DNA of 64,000 nucleotides from an uncultured delta proteobacterium (GTDB lineage Bacteria > Myxococcota_A > Polyangia > Polyangiales > Polyangiaceae). The stretch covers positions 416,001 through 480,000 of the forward strand of contig CAWKKR010000008.1 in assembly GCA_963850305.1 (NCBI GenBank), given 5' to 3'. Under the pieces are notes generated by a model. It made no database searches and was not told the DNA's origin. It saw only the letters and a program-made list of their open reading frames with translations. Below, piece by piece: positions 29,469 through 40,584 of this stretch. Within the stretch, counting starts at the first letter, position 1. Each line of letters begins with the position of its first letter. Both the position numbers and the translations under genes were made by a program.

Positions 29469-31862
29469 ATGACGACACGCGCCTCGCCCTATCGGTTCGC
29501 CGCGATCGGGCTCGTTGCCTGCTCGATGTTGATGCACGAGATCCTGCTCACGCGCATCTGCGCGCTCAGACTCTACTTCAACTTCGCGTTCCTCGTGATC
29601 TCCAATTGTCTCCTCGGTCTCGGCGCCAGCGGCTCTCTCCTGGCCCTGCGTCAACCAGAGTGGTCGAAGGCCCCGCGGCTCTGGCTCGCGCGTTTCTCGG
29701 CGATGTACGGGGTCTCGCTCATCGCCACTTACGTCTTCCTGCTCGAGTTCCCCATTCCGACGGACCTGGTGCTCTCGAACCCCTCGCACCTCTTCGCGCT
29801 CACCGCGTACAACCTCGCAGGCGCGGTGCCGTTCGTGTTCGGCGGCGTCGTCGTCGGCATGATCCTCACGTTCGACGTGGCGGACGTGAATCGGCTCTAT
29901 GCCGTGGATCTCCTCGGCGCTGGTCTCGGGTGCGTGGCGTGTCCCGTGCTCCTCCCGCACGTCGGTGCCGGTGGCGTCTTCGTGATGACCGTACTCCTCG
30001 CCGTTCTCGCGGCGGTCGTGCTCTTCCACGACCGCTTTCCACGCGGAGCCATCGCCATCGGCGCCGTGCTCGGCGTGCTCTGCCTGGTGCTCTTGCCGAA
30101 CCTCGACAGGGAGTTTCCCGTGCCCAGCAAGGGGCTCTTCGAATACGCCCTCGCCGTCGACCGAGCGACGCACCAGGATCCGCCCTACAGCGTCTGGACG
30201 GCGAACAGCCGTATCGATCTGGTGCGCGGCACGAAGCGAATGGCCGGCAGGTTCTTCATGCAAGGCACGAACACCGCGGGTTTGCCGCTTGCCCCGCTCA
30301 CCGGCGCCATCGCGCAAGACGCGATGGCCGGGACGACCATCGCGGACTTTTCGGACAACCCGGAGACGCTCGAGATTCTGCGTCGCACGATGTACTCGGC
30401 GGCGTACCGGCTCAAGGATGAGCCGAGGGTTCTCGTCATCGGTCTCGGCGGCGGTAATGACGTCTGGGCGGCGAAAGCCAACGGCGCGCGCTCGGTGAAG
30501 GCCATCGAGCTGAACTGGCCCATCGTCGACATCCACAAGACGAAATTGCGACGCTACTCGCGTCTGCTCGTCGACGATCCGACGGTGAATCTCACGGTAG
30601 GCGAGGGCCGGAGCGGGCTCATGCGCGAAACCACGAAGTACGACGTGATCCAGATGTCGGGGATCGACACCTGGACGGCGCTCGCGTCGGGCGCGTACGT
30701 GCTCGCCGAGAACTACCTCTATACCAAGGAGGCGATCGCCACGATGTACGGGCGCCTCGAAGACGGAGGCATCCTCCAGATCGCCCGGTTCGCCGAAACG
30801 ATGGAGGCTTTGCGCCTGCTGTCGAACATTCGCGCCGCGCTCTCTTCCCTCGGCGTGGAGCACATCGAGGACTCGATCTCGGTGCTGTCCACGGGCGATC
30901 GCATGATGGCCGTTCAGGTGAAGAAGGGCCCATTCACGCTTCGGGAGCAGCGGTCCACAGTCGCCTTCACGCGCTTCGCGGGTATCGATGTCGTCTACCT
31001 CCCGTCGCGACCGTCGCCGGGTCCTGTTTCGGACTTCATCCGTGCAAAGGATCCCGAGCCCATGATCGACGCATTTCCGATGAACATCTCTCCGACAACG
31101 GACGACCATCCGTACTTCTTCAGCTACGTGAAGTGGCAACACCCGATTGACTCGATCAAACACGTCGGAGACGTTCCGTCCGTCTCGCAGGGGAACCCGC
31201 TGTTCATCTTGATGCAGCTACTCGTGAGCGTGCTCCTGAGCGGGCTACTCATTCTGCTGCCCATCGCTCATCGCGCCGACCTGCCAAAACAGGGGACGGG
31301 CCGGTACCTCGTCTACTTCTCGAGCCTCGGGCTCGGCTTCGTATTCATCGAGGTATCGGTCATTCAGAAGCTCACGCTGTTTCTCGGGCAACCCGTGTTT
31401 TCGCTGACCGTCACGTTGTTCTGTCTCCTCGTATTCACGGGGCTTGGCAGTCTCACCCTCGCGGGACGCCTCCCGACGAACGACCGACGGATCTTGCTCG
31501 TCCCGGCGGCGCTCGCTGTGTACATCGCGGTATTTCTCGCCCTGTCCTCGCTCTTCGTTTCGCATCTGATCGGGCTACCCCTCGGTGTGCGCATGCTGCT
31601 CACCGGGCTCTTGCTCGCACCGATGGGGTTCTTGCTCGGCGTGCCGTTCGCGTACGGGCTCCGCGTGCTCGGCGAACGGAGTCCGTCGCTCACGGCGTGG
31701 GCATGGGCAATCAACGGGTGCGCGAGCGTCGTGGGCTCCGTGCTCACCGTCGTGATCTCGATGAACTTCGGATTCCGCGCCGTGCTCTTCACTGCCGCGC
31801 TCGTGTACCTCGCCGGGTTCTGGACACTCCTCGGATCACGAGCGGCGGAGTCGACGGCTTAG
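29469..31862 (+). CDS. Membrane-bound spermidine-synthase-like SAM-dependent protein
   Basis: N- and C-terminal multi-TM bundles (LYAVDLLGAGLG, AWAINGCASV) flanking VLVIGLGGG...ENYLYT...TTDDHPYF. Confidence 0.85.
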   Translation: MTTRASPYRFAAIGLVACSMLMHEILLTRICALRLYFNFAFLVISNCLLGLGASGSLLALRQPEWSKAPRLWLARFSAMYGVSLIATYVFLLEFPIPTDLVLSNPSHLFALTAYNLAGAVPFVFGGVVVGMILTFDVADVNRLYAVDLLGAGLGCVACPVLLPHVGAGGVFVMTVLLAVLAAVVLFHDRFPRGAIAIGAVLGVLCLVLLPNLDREFPVPSKGLFEYALAVDRATHQDPPYSVWTANSRIDLVRGTKRMAGRFFMQGTNTAGLPLAPLTGAIAQDAMAGTTIADFSDNPETLEILRRTMYSAAYRLKDEPRVLVIGLGGGNDVWAAKANGARSVKAIELNWPIVDIHKTKLRRYSRLLVDDPTVNLTVGEGRSGLMRETTKYDVIQMSGIDTWTALASGAYVLAENYLYTKEAIATMYGRLEDGGILQIARFAETMEALRLLSNIRAALSSLGVEHIEDSISVLSTGDRMMAVQVKKGPFTLREQRSTVAFTRFAGIDVVYLPSRPSPGPVSDFIRAKDPEPMIDAFPMNISPTTDDHPYFFSYVKWQHPIDSIKHVGDVPSVSQGNPLFILMQLLVSVLLSGLLILLPIAHRADLPKQGTGRYLVYFSSLGLGFVFIEVSVIQKLTLFLGQPVFSLTVTLFCLLVFTGLGSLTLAGRLPTNDRRILLVPAALAVYIAVFLALSSLFVSHLIGLPLGVRMLLTGLLLAPMGFLLGVPFAYGLRVLGERSPSLTAWAWAINGCASVVGSVLTVVISMNFGFRAVLFTAALVYLAGFWTLLGSRAAESTA

Positions 31863-32327
31863 ACCACACTGTGCACCGCCTGCTTGGCCGCCCTGGGTGA
31901 ACTCGGCGCCACGTACCGCGATGACCCGAGGGGGCTCCGTCCGAGCGAATCGCAGAGTCGCGGTAACCCCACCACCGTCCGCGTTTCGTGTGAGCTCGAG
32001 GCTCGGCATTTCGAGATGCGGACCGAACGCGTCCAGAGCTTCGCCGGCTAGCTCCACCGCGACGAGAACGCCGACGGCCCAGGCGATGCCGATGAAGACG
32101 CCGGCGACCGAGCGCCGGGTGCGGAAGAAGTGGAACGGGAGACAGAAGGGGCCGAACACGCCGACGGCGCTCCAGAAGCTCGCCTTGTTCCACGCCCGGG
32201 CGAGGCGTTCGGGCGGCGCACTGCGGAGGTCGCGACGGACGATCCAGATGGTCAGGACGACCGCGAGGGCCATCTGGAGCACGAACTCCGCGATGAACCA
32301 GACCGCTGCCTCGGTGAGGTCGTTCAT
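31836..32327 (-). CDS. Small membrane protein
   Basis: Three hydrophobic segments in the first 100 aa; the C-terminal part is uncertain. Confidence 0.55.
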   Translation of the reverse strand: MNDLTEAAVWFIAEFVLQMALAVVLTIWIVRRDLRSAPPERLARAWNKASFWSAVGVFGPFCLPFHFFRTRRSVAGVFIGIAWAVGVLVAVELAGEALDAFGPHLEMPSLELTRNADGGGVTATLRFARTEPPRVIAVRGAEFTQGGQAGGAQCGLSRRLRRS

Positions 32328-32495
32328 GCGAGGAAAAGGGGCGTCTTTTCGGCCGCCCAGGCTCTGTTGCGCCCGGGCCGCGCATTAAAGTGCGCCCACC
32401 CTCTCTTTTTGCAGGAATAAGTGCGCGGTCGCGATTGTCTTTGTCCGGCGGCCAGGGCTATAGGCCGGGCACCCTTTTTTGGAGACAAGAGCACG

Positions 32496-33482
32496 ATGCA
32501 AGACGTCCGCGCATTGAACGAGCTCGTCGCGAAGGAGAGCGCGTTCATCGACGACCTGTTCGCAGAGATTGGCAAAGTCGTCGTGGGCCAATCGTACATG
32601 ATCGAGCGTATCTTGATCGGCCTTCTGACGGGCGGCCACGTGCTGCTCGAAGGGGTGCCGGGGCTCGCCAAGACGCTCACCGTGCGCACGACCTGCGACG
32701 CGATCCACGCGAAGTTCGCACGGGTCCAGTTCACACCGGACTTGCTGCCCGCGGATCTCATCGGCACCGTCATCTATAACCAGCGAACGGGGGACTTCAC
32801 TTCCAAGCTCGGGCCGATTTTCGCCAATCTCATCCTCGCGGACGAGATCAATCGCGCCCCGGCCAAGGTCCAGAGCGCGCTGCTCGAGGCGATGCAGGAG
32901 CGTCAGGTGACGATCGGGGACACGACGTATCCGCTGCCGGACCCTTTCATCGTGCTCGCGACGCAGAATCCGATCGAGCAGGAAGGGACGTATCCGCTGC
33001 CCGAAGCGCAGCTCGACCGGTTCATGCTGATGATCAAGGTCGGCTATCCGACGCGGGACGAAGAACGCCAGATCATGGACCGGATGACGAGCGTGGTGAC
33101 GGCCCGCGCGCAGCAGCGAACCGTGGACGGCCAGCTCCTCGAGGCGCGCAAGGTCGTGCGGGACGTCTACACGGACGATCGCGTGAAGGACTACATCGTG
33201 GACATCGTGTTCGCGACACGCGAACCGTCGCAGCGCGGGCTCAAGGACCTCGGGCCGCTCATCGAGTTCGGTGCGAGCCCGCGCGCGAGCATTGCCTTGA
33301 ACCTCGCCGCACGCGCTCACGCGTTCCTGAAGCACCGCGGCTACGTGACGCCGGAAGACGTCAAGGCCGTCGGCCCGGACGTGCTGCGGCACCGCCTCGT
33401 GCTCTCGTACGAAGCCGAGGCCGAGAACGTGACGGCCGAGGACGTCGTGCGAAGAGTCTTCGAAGTCGTCGAAGTGCCGTGA
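32496..33482 (+). CDS. moxR: MoxR family AAA+ ATPase
   Basis: LLEGVPGLAKT, RVQFTPDLLPAD, DEINRAPAKVQSALLEAMQE, ATQNPIEQEGTYPLPEAQLDRF. Confidence 0.97.
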   Translation: MQDVRALNELVAKESAFIDDLFAEIGKVVVGQSYMIERILIGLLTGGHVLLEGVPGLAKTLTVRTTCDAIHAKFARVQFTPDLLPADLIGTVIYNQRTGDFTSKLGPIFANLILADEINRAPAKVQSALLEAMQERQVTIGDTTYPLPDPFIVLATQNPIEQEGTYPLPEAQLDRFMLMIKVGYPTRDEERQIMDRMTSVVTARAQQRTVDGQLLEARKVVRDVYTDDRVKDYIVDIVFATREPSQRGLKDLGPLIEFGASPRASIALNLAARAHAFLKHRGYVTPEDVKAVGPDVLRHRLVLSYEAEAENVTAEDVVRRVFEVVEVP

Positions 33483-33510
33483 AATGCAGTCGCTCTAACC
33501 GAGAATTCCC

Positions 33511-34392
33511 GTGATCCCCCGCGAGCTGCTCAAGGCCCTGCGCAAGATCGAGATCACGACGAACCGGCTCGCGACCGAGCAGCTCTCCGGGAGCTACACG
33601 TCCGTCTTCCGGGGTCAGGGGCTCGCGTTCCGCGAAGTGCGAAAGTATCAGCCGGGGGACGACGTCCGGACGATCGACTGGAACGTGAGCGCGCGCATGG
33701 ACGACACCTACGTGAAGGTGTTCGTCGAGGAGCGCGAGATGACGGTGATGCTCGTCGTGGACGCGTCCGCGAGCAATCAGTTCGGCACGCGCGTGGCGTC
33801 GAAGGCGCGCGTGGCCGCGGAGGTGGGCGCGCTCTGCGCGTTCAGCGCGATCAAGCACAACGACCGCGTGGGGCTGATCCTCGCGACGGATTGCATCGAG
33901 AACATCGTGCCGCCCAAGAAGGGGCAGAAGCACGTCATGCGCGTGATCCGGGAGATCCTCGGTGCCGAGCCGGAGCACAAGGGGACGGATCTCGGGCTGG
34001 CGTTCGAGACGCTGTACCGGGTGGCGCGTCGGCGCAGCGTCGCGTTCGTCCTGTCGGATTTCTTCGCGGCGAACTACGAGCGCGCGCTGTCGCTCGCGTC
34101 CGCGCGGCACGACGTGATCCCGCTGATGCTGGTGGATCCGCGTGACGAAGAGCTGCCCGACGTCGGCATCACGACGTTCGAGGATTTCGAGACGGGCGAG
34201 AGCGTCGTGGTGGATACGTCGAGCCCGGGCGTGCGCGCACATTACAAGCGGGCGATGCGCGATCTGCGAGCAGGGAATCTGAGGACGTTCAAGAAGCTCG
34301 GCCTCGATCATTGCATCATCCGCACCGACAAGCCCTTCGTCGATCCGCTACGGCAGCTCTTCGCGCGGCGCGCGCGGAGGATCCGGAGATGA
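33511..34392 (+). CDS. DUF58 domain protein
   Basis: FREVRKYQPGDDVRTIDWNVSAR...KVFVEERE, LSDF. Confidence 0.95.
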   Translation: MIPRELLKALRKIEITTNRLATEQLSGSYTSVFRGQGLAFREVRKYQPGDDVRTIDWNVSARMDDTYVKVFVEEREMTVMLVVDASASNQFGTRVASKARVAAEVGALCAFSAIKHNDRVGLILATDCIENIVPPKKGQKHVMRVIREILGAEPEHKGTDLGLAFETLYRVARRRSVAFVLSDFFAANYERALSLASARHDVIPLMLVDPRDEELPDVGITTFEDFETGESVVVDTSSPGVRAHYKRAMRDLRAGNLRTFKKLGLDHCIIRTDKPFVDPLRQLFARRARRIRR

Positions 34393-35507
34393 AATGGCCG
34401 GGATGGGCCCTGCTCGGCGCCGTGCTGTACGCGGCGTCCGTGCGGGCGGCGGTGCCCATCCCGGGCGCGCCACCGCTCGTCGCCGCGTCCGCCGAGCCGC
34501 CGGAGGAGACGGCGACGTGCAGGGAGTCGTTCCCGCCGGGAAGCACACGGCCCGCCTTGAAGGAGACGTTCCCGTCGCACGGAAAGACGGGCTACGCGCT
34601 CGTCCTCGACGTGGTGATCGATCACGGCAAAGGCGAGACGGTGCTCCCGAGCGGTCTCGGCGGCTCGTCGGCAGGAGATGCGACGCGTGCGCTCGAAGCG
34701 GCAGGGTTTTATCTGCCGAGCCCGAAGGGCGACGGCGCGCCGACGCTCGAAACCAAGGTGACGGCTGACCGCGCCGTGAGCCACCTGACCATCCCGGTAG
34801 TCGCTCTGCCGAAGAAGCCCGGGCGGCGCGAGCTCACGTTGCCGCCACTCCCGATCGCGATGTCGCGAGCGAGCGGCGAGGTTCGAACGCTCTGCACGGC
34901 GCCGCACACGGTGACGCTCGAAGATCCGATCGCGAATACCCCCGACGCGAAGCCCCGCGGCAATCCGAAGCCGCTACGTCAGCTCGAGGAATGGACGGCG
35001 GCCAAGCACGCCGCGATCGGCGCGCTCGCGGCACTCGCCGCTCTCCTCCTCGGAATGTGGCTGGTCCGACTGTGGAATCGGCGTCCGAAGCCGGTGCCGG
35101 CCCCGACGCCCCCGCGACCGCCCTGGGACGTCGCGCTCGAGGAGCTGTTCGACGTTCGCAACGCGCAGCTCGTCGCGCAGGGGCGGTTCGCGGAGCATTT
35201 CGATCGCGTGTCGGACGCGGTCCGGCGTTACCTGGGCGCGCGGTACGGTTACGACGGCCTCGAGACGACGACGCGCGAAGCCGTGGTCGCGCTGAAGCGG
35301 GTCACGCCGAGGATCGGCGTCCTCACGGACGTGGAAGGGTTTCTCGACAACGCGGATCTCGTGAAGTTTGCGAAGCTGACGCCGACCGAGGGCGAGTGTC
35401 ACTCCGCGCTCAGTAGCGCCGAGGAAATCGTGCGGCGAACCATGCCTGCCCCCGTGCTCGCCCCGGGTATCGCACCACTCCCGCGCGACGGAGGAGCGCC
35501 GCAATGA
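34389..35507 (+). CDS. Bat-operon accessory membrane protein (signal peptide, TM, cytoplasmic helical domain)
   Basis: Position in the operon; ALEEL...VSDAVRRYL...ETTTRE...ADLVKFAK motif. Confidence 0.8.
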   Translation: MKWPGWALLGAVLYAASVRAAVPIPGAPPLVAASAEPPEETATCRESFPPGSTRPALKETFPSHGKTGYALVLDVVIDHGKGETVLPSGLGGSSAGDATRALEAAGFYLPSPKGDGAPTLETKVTADRAVSHLTIPVVALPKKPGRRELTLPPLPIAMSRASGEVRTLCTAPHTVTLEDPIANTPDAKPRGNPKPLRQLEEWTAAKHAAIGALAALAALLLGMWLVRLWNRRPKPVPAPTPPRPPWDVALEELFDVRNAQLVAQGRFAEHFDRVSDAVRRYLGARYGYDGLETTTREAVVALKRVTPRIGVLTDVEGFLDNADLVKFAKLTPTEGECHSALSSAEEIVRRTMPAPVLAPGIAPLPRDGGAPQ

Positions 35508-36659
35508 CGTCCAGGTCCGGGACTCGCGCGCTCGTCGCGCTGCTCGCCGCGGTCCTCGCACTCGCCGTCGGGCTCGCGTATCCGGTCTGGGCCAAGGGGA
35601 CTGACTGGCTCAGCGCGAAGTGGGAGCATCCGTACTTTCTCCTAGGGCTTCTGCTCGTGCCCTTCGTGTTCGTCCGGGGCACCGTCGGTGAAGACAGGCG
35701 CCTTCCGCGGCTCCGCATGGGGACGATCTCGGCCTCTCGCCAGAGGGCCCGCCGGCACGCGAGTGTGGCTGCGCGACGTGCCGGGAGCGCTGCGCGCCGT
35801 GGCTCTCGCATTTCTGGTGACCGCCATGGCGCGTCCGGTGAGCAGTCTTCAGCCCGACACGACGGAAGAGGAAGGCATCGACGTCATCCTCGTCCTGGAT
35901 CTCTCCGGCTCGATGGAAGCGGTGTGCAGAAATCTGCCGCCCGACATCGCCCAGCTCGCGCCGCCGAAGCAGCGCGGCCTTCTCCCCACGCGGCTCGATG
36001 CGGCGAAGGCGGTGATTCGCGACTTCATCTCGCGTCGCAAGACGGATCGTATCGGCGTCGTGGTGTTCGGAAAGGCGGCGTACGTCCTGTCGCCGCCGAC
36101 GCTCGATTACCAGCTCCTCGACACGCTCGTGTCCCACATGGAGCTGAATCTCATCGACGGCAGCGCGACGGCGATCGGGGACGCGCTCGGCGTCGCGGTC
36201 GCGAGATTGCGCAGGAGCCACGCATCGAGCAAGGCGATCGTGCTCCTGACGGACGGCGACAACAATGCCGGTCGCATATCGCCGGAGTACGCGACGCACC
36301 TCGCGAGCGTCGTCGGCGCCAAGGTGTACACGGTGCAGATAGGTTCGGGTGAGACGTCCGAGGCCCTCGATGGGTTCGACCTGTTCGGACAGCCGCACTA
36401 CGTCACGAAGAGCTACCCGACGAACCCGGCGCTCCTGAAGAAGATCGCGACGCAGACTGGCGGGCGTGCGTACATCGCGACGGACGCGCGTGCGCTCCAG
36501 GCGAGCCTCCACGACGTCCTGAACCAGCTCGAGAAGACGAAGTTCGAGTCCGCCATCGCGACGTTCGAAGATCTCTACCGATACCTGCTCTTGCCCGGGG
36601 TGCTCATGATCGCCCTGGAAGCGCTGCTCCGGACCTTCGTGCTGCGGAGGTTCCCGTGA
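35504..36659 (+). CDS. batA: BatA-like VWA protein; apparent frameshift ~35733
   Basis: AMARP, DLSGSM (MIDAS), DRIGVVVF, TAIGDALG, LLTDGDNNAG. Confidence 0.85.
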
Positions 36660-38656
36660 GGTTCTCGCATCCGTGGTGGCTCGCGGGCGGCCTGCTCGGC
36701 GTGCTGATCGGCGTGGCGCTCATCCTGGGGGCGTGGCTGCTCACGCGGTCAGTGCGGCGTTTCGGAGACGAGCCGCGCGTGCTCGCACTCCTCACGGACA
36801 GACCCGCCGGGCGGCGGACCCTGAAGGGCGTGCTCCTCGTGCTCGGGCGTCGCGATCGGGTTCGTCGCGCTCGCGCAGCCTCAATACGGTCGCGGCACGC
36901 GACTCATCCCCGCGACGAACCTCGACGTCATCATCGTGCTCGATTACTCGAAGAGCATGTACGCGCGCGACGTCACTCCGTCGCGCACGGAGCGCGCCAA
37001 GACCGAGGTCGGCCAGTTGATCGAGGATCTCCCCGGTGCACGGTTCGGCGCAGTGGCGTTCGCGGGGGAACCCCTGAGCTTCCCGCTGACGAGCGACGGC
37101 GGAGCGATTGCGCAATTCTTCCGGCAGATGACGCCGTCGGACATGCCGGTGGGTGGAACGGCGATCGGGCGCGCTCTCGAGCTTGGCCTCGATTTGCTCC
37201 GGCGCGATCCGGTCTCGATCGCGCCACCGTCGCGTGATGGTGCTCGTCACCGACGGCGAGGACCTCGAGGGTGACCCGACCACCGTCGCCGAGGCGGCGG
37301 CGAAAGAGCACGTCACGATCGACGTCGTGCAGATCGGCGGTCGAACGCCGGAACCGATCCCCGACGTCGACGAGAACGGGAACAGCCACGGCTGGCGAAA
37401 GGACGAAAACGGACAGCCCCTCACCACGTCCCTCAGCGCGGCAGGCGAGGAACAGCTCGACGAAGATCGCGCAGATCACGGGAGGTAACATCGTCCGTAG
37501 CCAGCACGGGTCCACGGGCATCACCGAGATCGCCACGGCGATGAAGCGGATGATGACCGAGGAACTCTCGGAGCGCGTGGAGACGGTCTACGCCGACGTG
37601 TACTTCTACCCCACGGCGCTCGCGATCCTCCTTCTTCTGGCCGAGGCGTTCGTTCCGCAAGCGACGCGGCGGAAGGCGACCAGGACCCCAACCTCGCCGC
37701 CGAAGAAGCGGGAAGGGTCGAGGTCGCCGAAGCGACGCAAGGTGACGACGATCGCCGGCGCCGCGCTCGTGCTCTTGACGGCTTCTGGTTGTCGGGGCGG
37801 ATTTTTTACCCGTCATTCCCCCGCGGTCGACGATGCGCTGAAGACCCTCGACGCAGGGGATCCCGCGAAGGCGAGCGAGCTACTCGAGACGTATCTGTCG
37901 ACCGGGCAATGCCAGAAGGGAGAACTCGGAACGCCGGATGCCGTCCGCAGGCAGGGGAACGCGTCGCTCGATCTGGGGCTCACCCTGTTTCGCGTGGCGG
38001 AGAAATTCGGCAAGCGCTTCGGCGACGACACGAAGCCAGCGCCGGGCACGCCTGATCACGGCGACGAGCGGAACGACGAAATCGACTGCGCGCTCCGCGT
38101 CGTGCGCATCGTCGCGACCGACGGTACCTCGCCCATCGACCTTCAGGCGAAGGCCGAATACCTGACCGGCAATCTCGAATTTCTGCGACAAGGGTACGAG
38201 GATGCCGTGTCGGCCTACGACGCCGCGTTGAAGCTGATGCCTGCGCGGACCCAGGACGAAAAGTCGACGGCCGCCGACGCCGCGTGGAACCGGTCGATCG
38301 CGCTCCGGCGGATCGAGGACAAGCAAAAGGAGAAGCCGGACGCGGGCCCGCAGAACCATCCCGACGGCGGCGAACCCCAGGATGCCGGGAAGAAGAAGCA
38401 ACCGGAGCCGTCCCCGGACGCCGGCAACCCGTCCAAGAAGAACGACGACAAGAAGAACGACGACAAGAAGAACAAGCCATCGCCGGAGTCCCGGAAGGAC
38501 CAGCAACCGAAGCAGGCGCCGCAAAAGAAGCCCCAGCCCTCGCTGAGCCAGGACGAGCGTATTCTGGACAACCTGGAGCAGGCGCCCACGGTCCAGCAGG
38601 AAGCCGCCAAGAGAAGCGCGGCGCATGGCAACGCGAGCGGTATGGAGGACAAGTGA
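36656..38656 (+). CDS. batB: BatB-like VWA protein fused to a BatC-like TPR/Lys-Gln-rich domain; three apparent +1 frameshifts (~36846, ~37215, ~37460)
   Basis: ALAQPQYG, LDYSKSM, VAFAG...PLTSD, TDGED, KIAQITGG, then TPR and ERILDNLEQ...DK. Confidence 0.75.
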
Positions 38657-40584
38657 CGCCGCGACGGCTGACCGCGGCCCTGGCGCTCACCTCCGCGCTG
38701 TTGCCGGGGACGGCGCTCGCCGCCACGTCTCTTCAAACGACGGTGGCCACGCATCAAGCGGAGGTCGGCGAAGGCATTCAGGTCGAACTCAACGCCATGA
38801 GCGACGACCAGTCCCCAGTCAGCCCGCACCTGAAGTTGCCACCCGGCTTCTCCGTTCAGGGCCCGAGCATTTCTTCGTCGCAGCAGATCTCTTTCACGAA
38901 CGGTCAGTTCGAACACCGCCGCGGCATCACCGTCGACTGGATCGTGACGGCGTCGCGACCCGGTCACTACGTCATCGGGCCCGCGACCGTCCAGGTGGGG
39001 GGCAGCGTGATGCAGGGCGAGACGGCGCAGATCGACGTCGTCCCTGCGGGAACGGCTCCGAAGCGCGGCCCTCCGAATCCGTTCGGGCAAGGTAATCCGT
39101 TCGGCCAGGGGAACCCCTTCGATCCGTTCGACATGCTGCAGCGGATGCAGAACCTCCCCGGCAACCTCGACGACTCGCAGCTCTTGAACTCGCCGCCGGA
39201 ACCTCCGGAGGAGTTCACCGTCGAACATGCGCCCGATCCGATGGCGTTCCTGCGCGCGGTGGTGACACCGACGCACGCGGTGGTCGGGCAGCAGGTGACC
39301 TTGACCGTTTATGCCTACGGGGGACGCGGGCCCTACGACGAAATGGGCTCGTCCGAGCCGAGCCGCGCGGATTTCCTCTCGCAGGTCATCGTCGACAGCT
39401 CTTATCGACAGCCTCGCTACATGATTCCGATCGACGGCGCTCGGTGGTTCGCCGTGAAACTGCGCGAGGTGGCCCTGTTTCCGCTGCGCGCGGGCGCGCT
39501 CACCATCGGCCCGATGAAGATGGGGTTCCGTGGGCCCGGATATCCGGAAGCGCGCCAGATGGAGGGCCTCGTGCGACAGAGTCCGGCGTTGCGCGTCGAC
39601 GTTACCGAGCCGCCCGTCGCGGGGCGGCCACCCGGTTACGAACTCGGCGACGTCGGGAGCTACGCCCTTTCGGCGAACGTCGAGCCGAGACGCATCGAAG
39701 CCGGGGACGCGGTTGCCGTGACGATCCGGCTCGAGGGCACCGGGAACGTCCCCGACCACGTCAAGCACACCGAACAGACCGGCGTGGAATGGCTTCCCCC
39801 CACCACGACCGATTCCGTCACACCGAACGACGCCGTCATCGCCGGGTGGCGCCAGTTCCGGTACGTCGTGCGACTGGACCAACCCGGCGTGCACGATCTC
39901 GGCGAGGCGACGCTCCCCTATTTCGATCCACGAACGGAGCGATACGCGGTCGCGCGCGCCAAGCTCGGCATCGTCGAAGTGACGCCCGGCATGGCCGTGT
40001 CGACAGCGCCGTCCGCGTCATCGACCCCCGCATCCATGGGGCCAGGCGATCCGTTCGACGGGCTCGGCGGCGTCCGCAAGAAACTCGGAGCGGTGCCCCC
40101 CGCGGCGCGCCATTTGACGGATGACAGGGGCTTCTGGGCGCTCCTGGCGGGAGGGCCATGCACCGTGCTCGCGCTCGGCGGACTCGCAGAGCTCGCGCGC
40201 GCGCTGCGAAAGCGGATGGCCGCGCGCGCGGGCTCCCGAACGGCCCTCGCCCGACGCGCCCTCGCCGACGCGAAGAGCGCCGCCGACCGACAGGACGCGA
40301 CCTCGGCGGCGGCGGCCATCGAGCGGGCCCTCTACACCGCCATCGAAGAACGCTTCGACCTCCGCGCGCGGGCCCTGCTCCGTCACGAGCTCGCCGGGAC
40401 GCTCGAACGCCATGGCGCCGATGGCGAGCTTGCGAAAGACGTCGTGGACACGCTGAACGGCTGCGACACCGTACGATTCGGGGAAACGCCGGGCCTCGGC
40501 CTTTCCGATCTGCTCGCGCGCGCGACGTCGATCGTCGCCAGGCTCGGGCGCGCGAAAGCAACATCGCGGGAGCATGCCGCGTGA
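38653..40584 (+). CDS. batD: BatD family protein
   Basis: Signal peptide, SSSQQISFTNG, ALFPLRAGALTIGP, GDVGSY...GTGN, PYFDP. Confidence 0.88.
   Translation: MTPRRLTAALALTSALLPGTALAATSLQTTVATHQAEVGEGIQVELNAMSDDQSPVSPHLKLPPGFSVQGPSISSSQQISFTNGQFEHRRGITVDWIVTASRPGHYVIGPATVQVGGSVMQGETAQIDVVPAGTAPKRGPPNPFGQGNPFGQGNPFDPFDMLQRMQNLPGNLDDSQLLNSPPEPPEEFTVEHAPDPMAFLRAVVTPTHAVVGQQVTLTVYAYGGRGPYDEMGSSEPSRADFLSQVIVDSSYRQPRYMIPIDGARWFAVKLREVALFPLRAGALTIGPMKMGFRGPGYPEARQMEGLVRQSPALRVDVTEPPVAGRPPGYELGDVGSYALSANVEPRRIEAGDAVAVTIRLEGTGNVPDHVKHTEQTGVEWLPPTTTDSVTPNDAVIAGWRQFRYVVRLDQPGVHDLGEATLPYFDPRTERYAVARAKLGIVEVTPGMAVSTAPSASSTPASMGPGDPFDGLGGVRKKLGAVPPAARHLTDDRGFWALLAGGPCTVLALGGLAELARALRKRMAARAGSRTALARRALADAKSAADRQDATSAAAAIERALYTAIEERFDLRARALLRHELAGTLERHGADGELAKDVVDTLNGCDTVRFGETPGLGLSDLLARATSIVARLGRAKATSREHAA

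Noticed and set aside
1186..37460. About 11 frameshifts as programmed frameshifting or true pseudogenes
   Set aside because: All are single-base indels, mostly in short runs, scattered through otherwise intact genes including the bat operon, with no slippery heptamers. Most likely sequencing error; read polishing would decide.
38441..38475. AAGAAGAACGACGAC repeat
   Set aside because: Coding low-complexity linker (KKNDD) in the BatC-like region.
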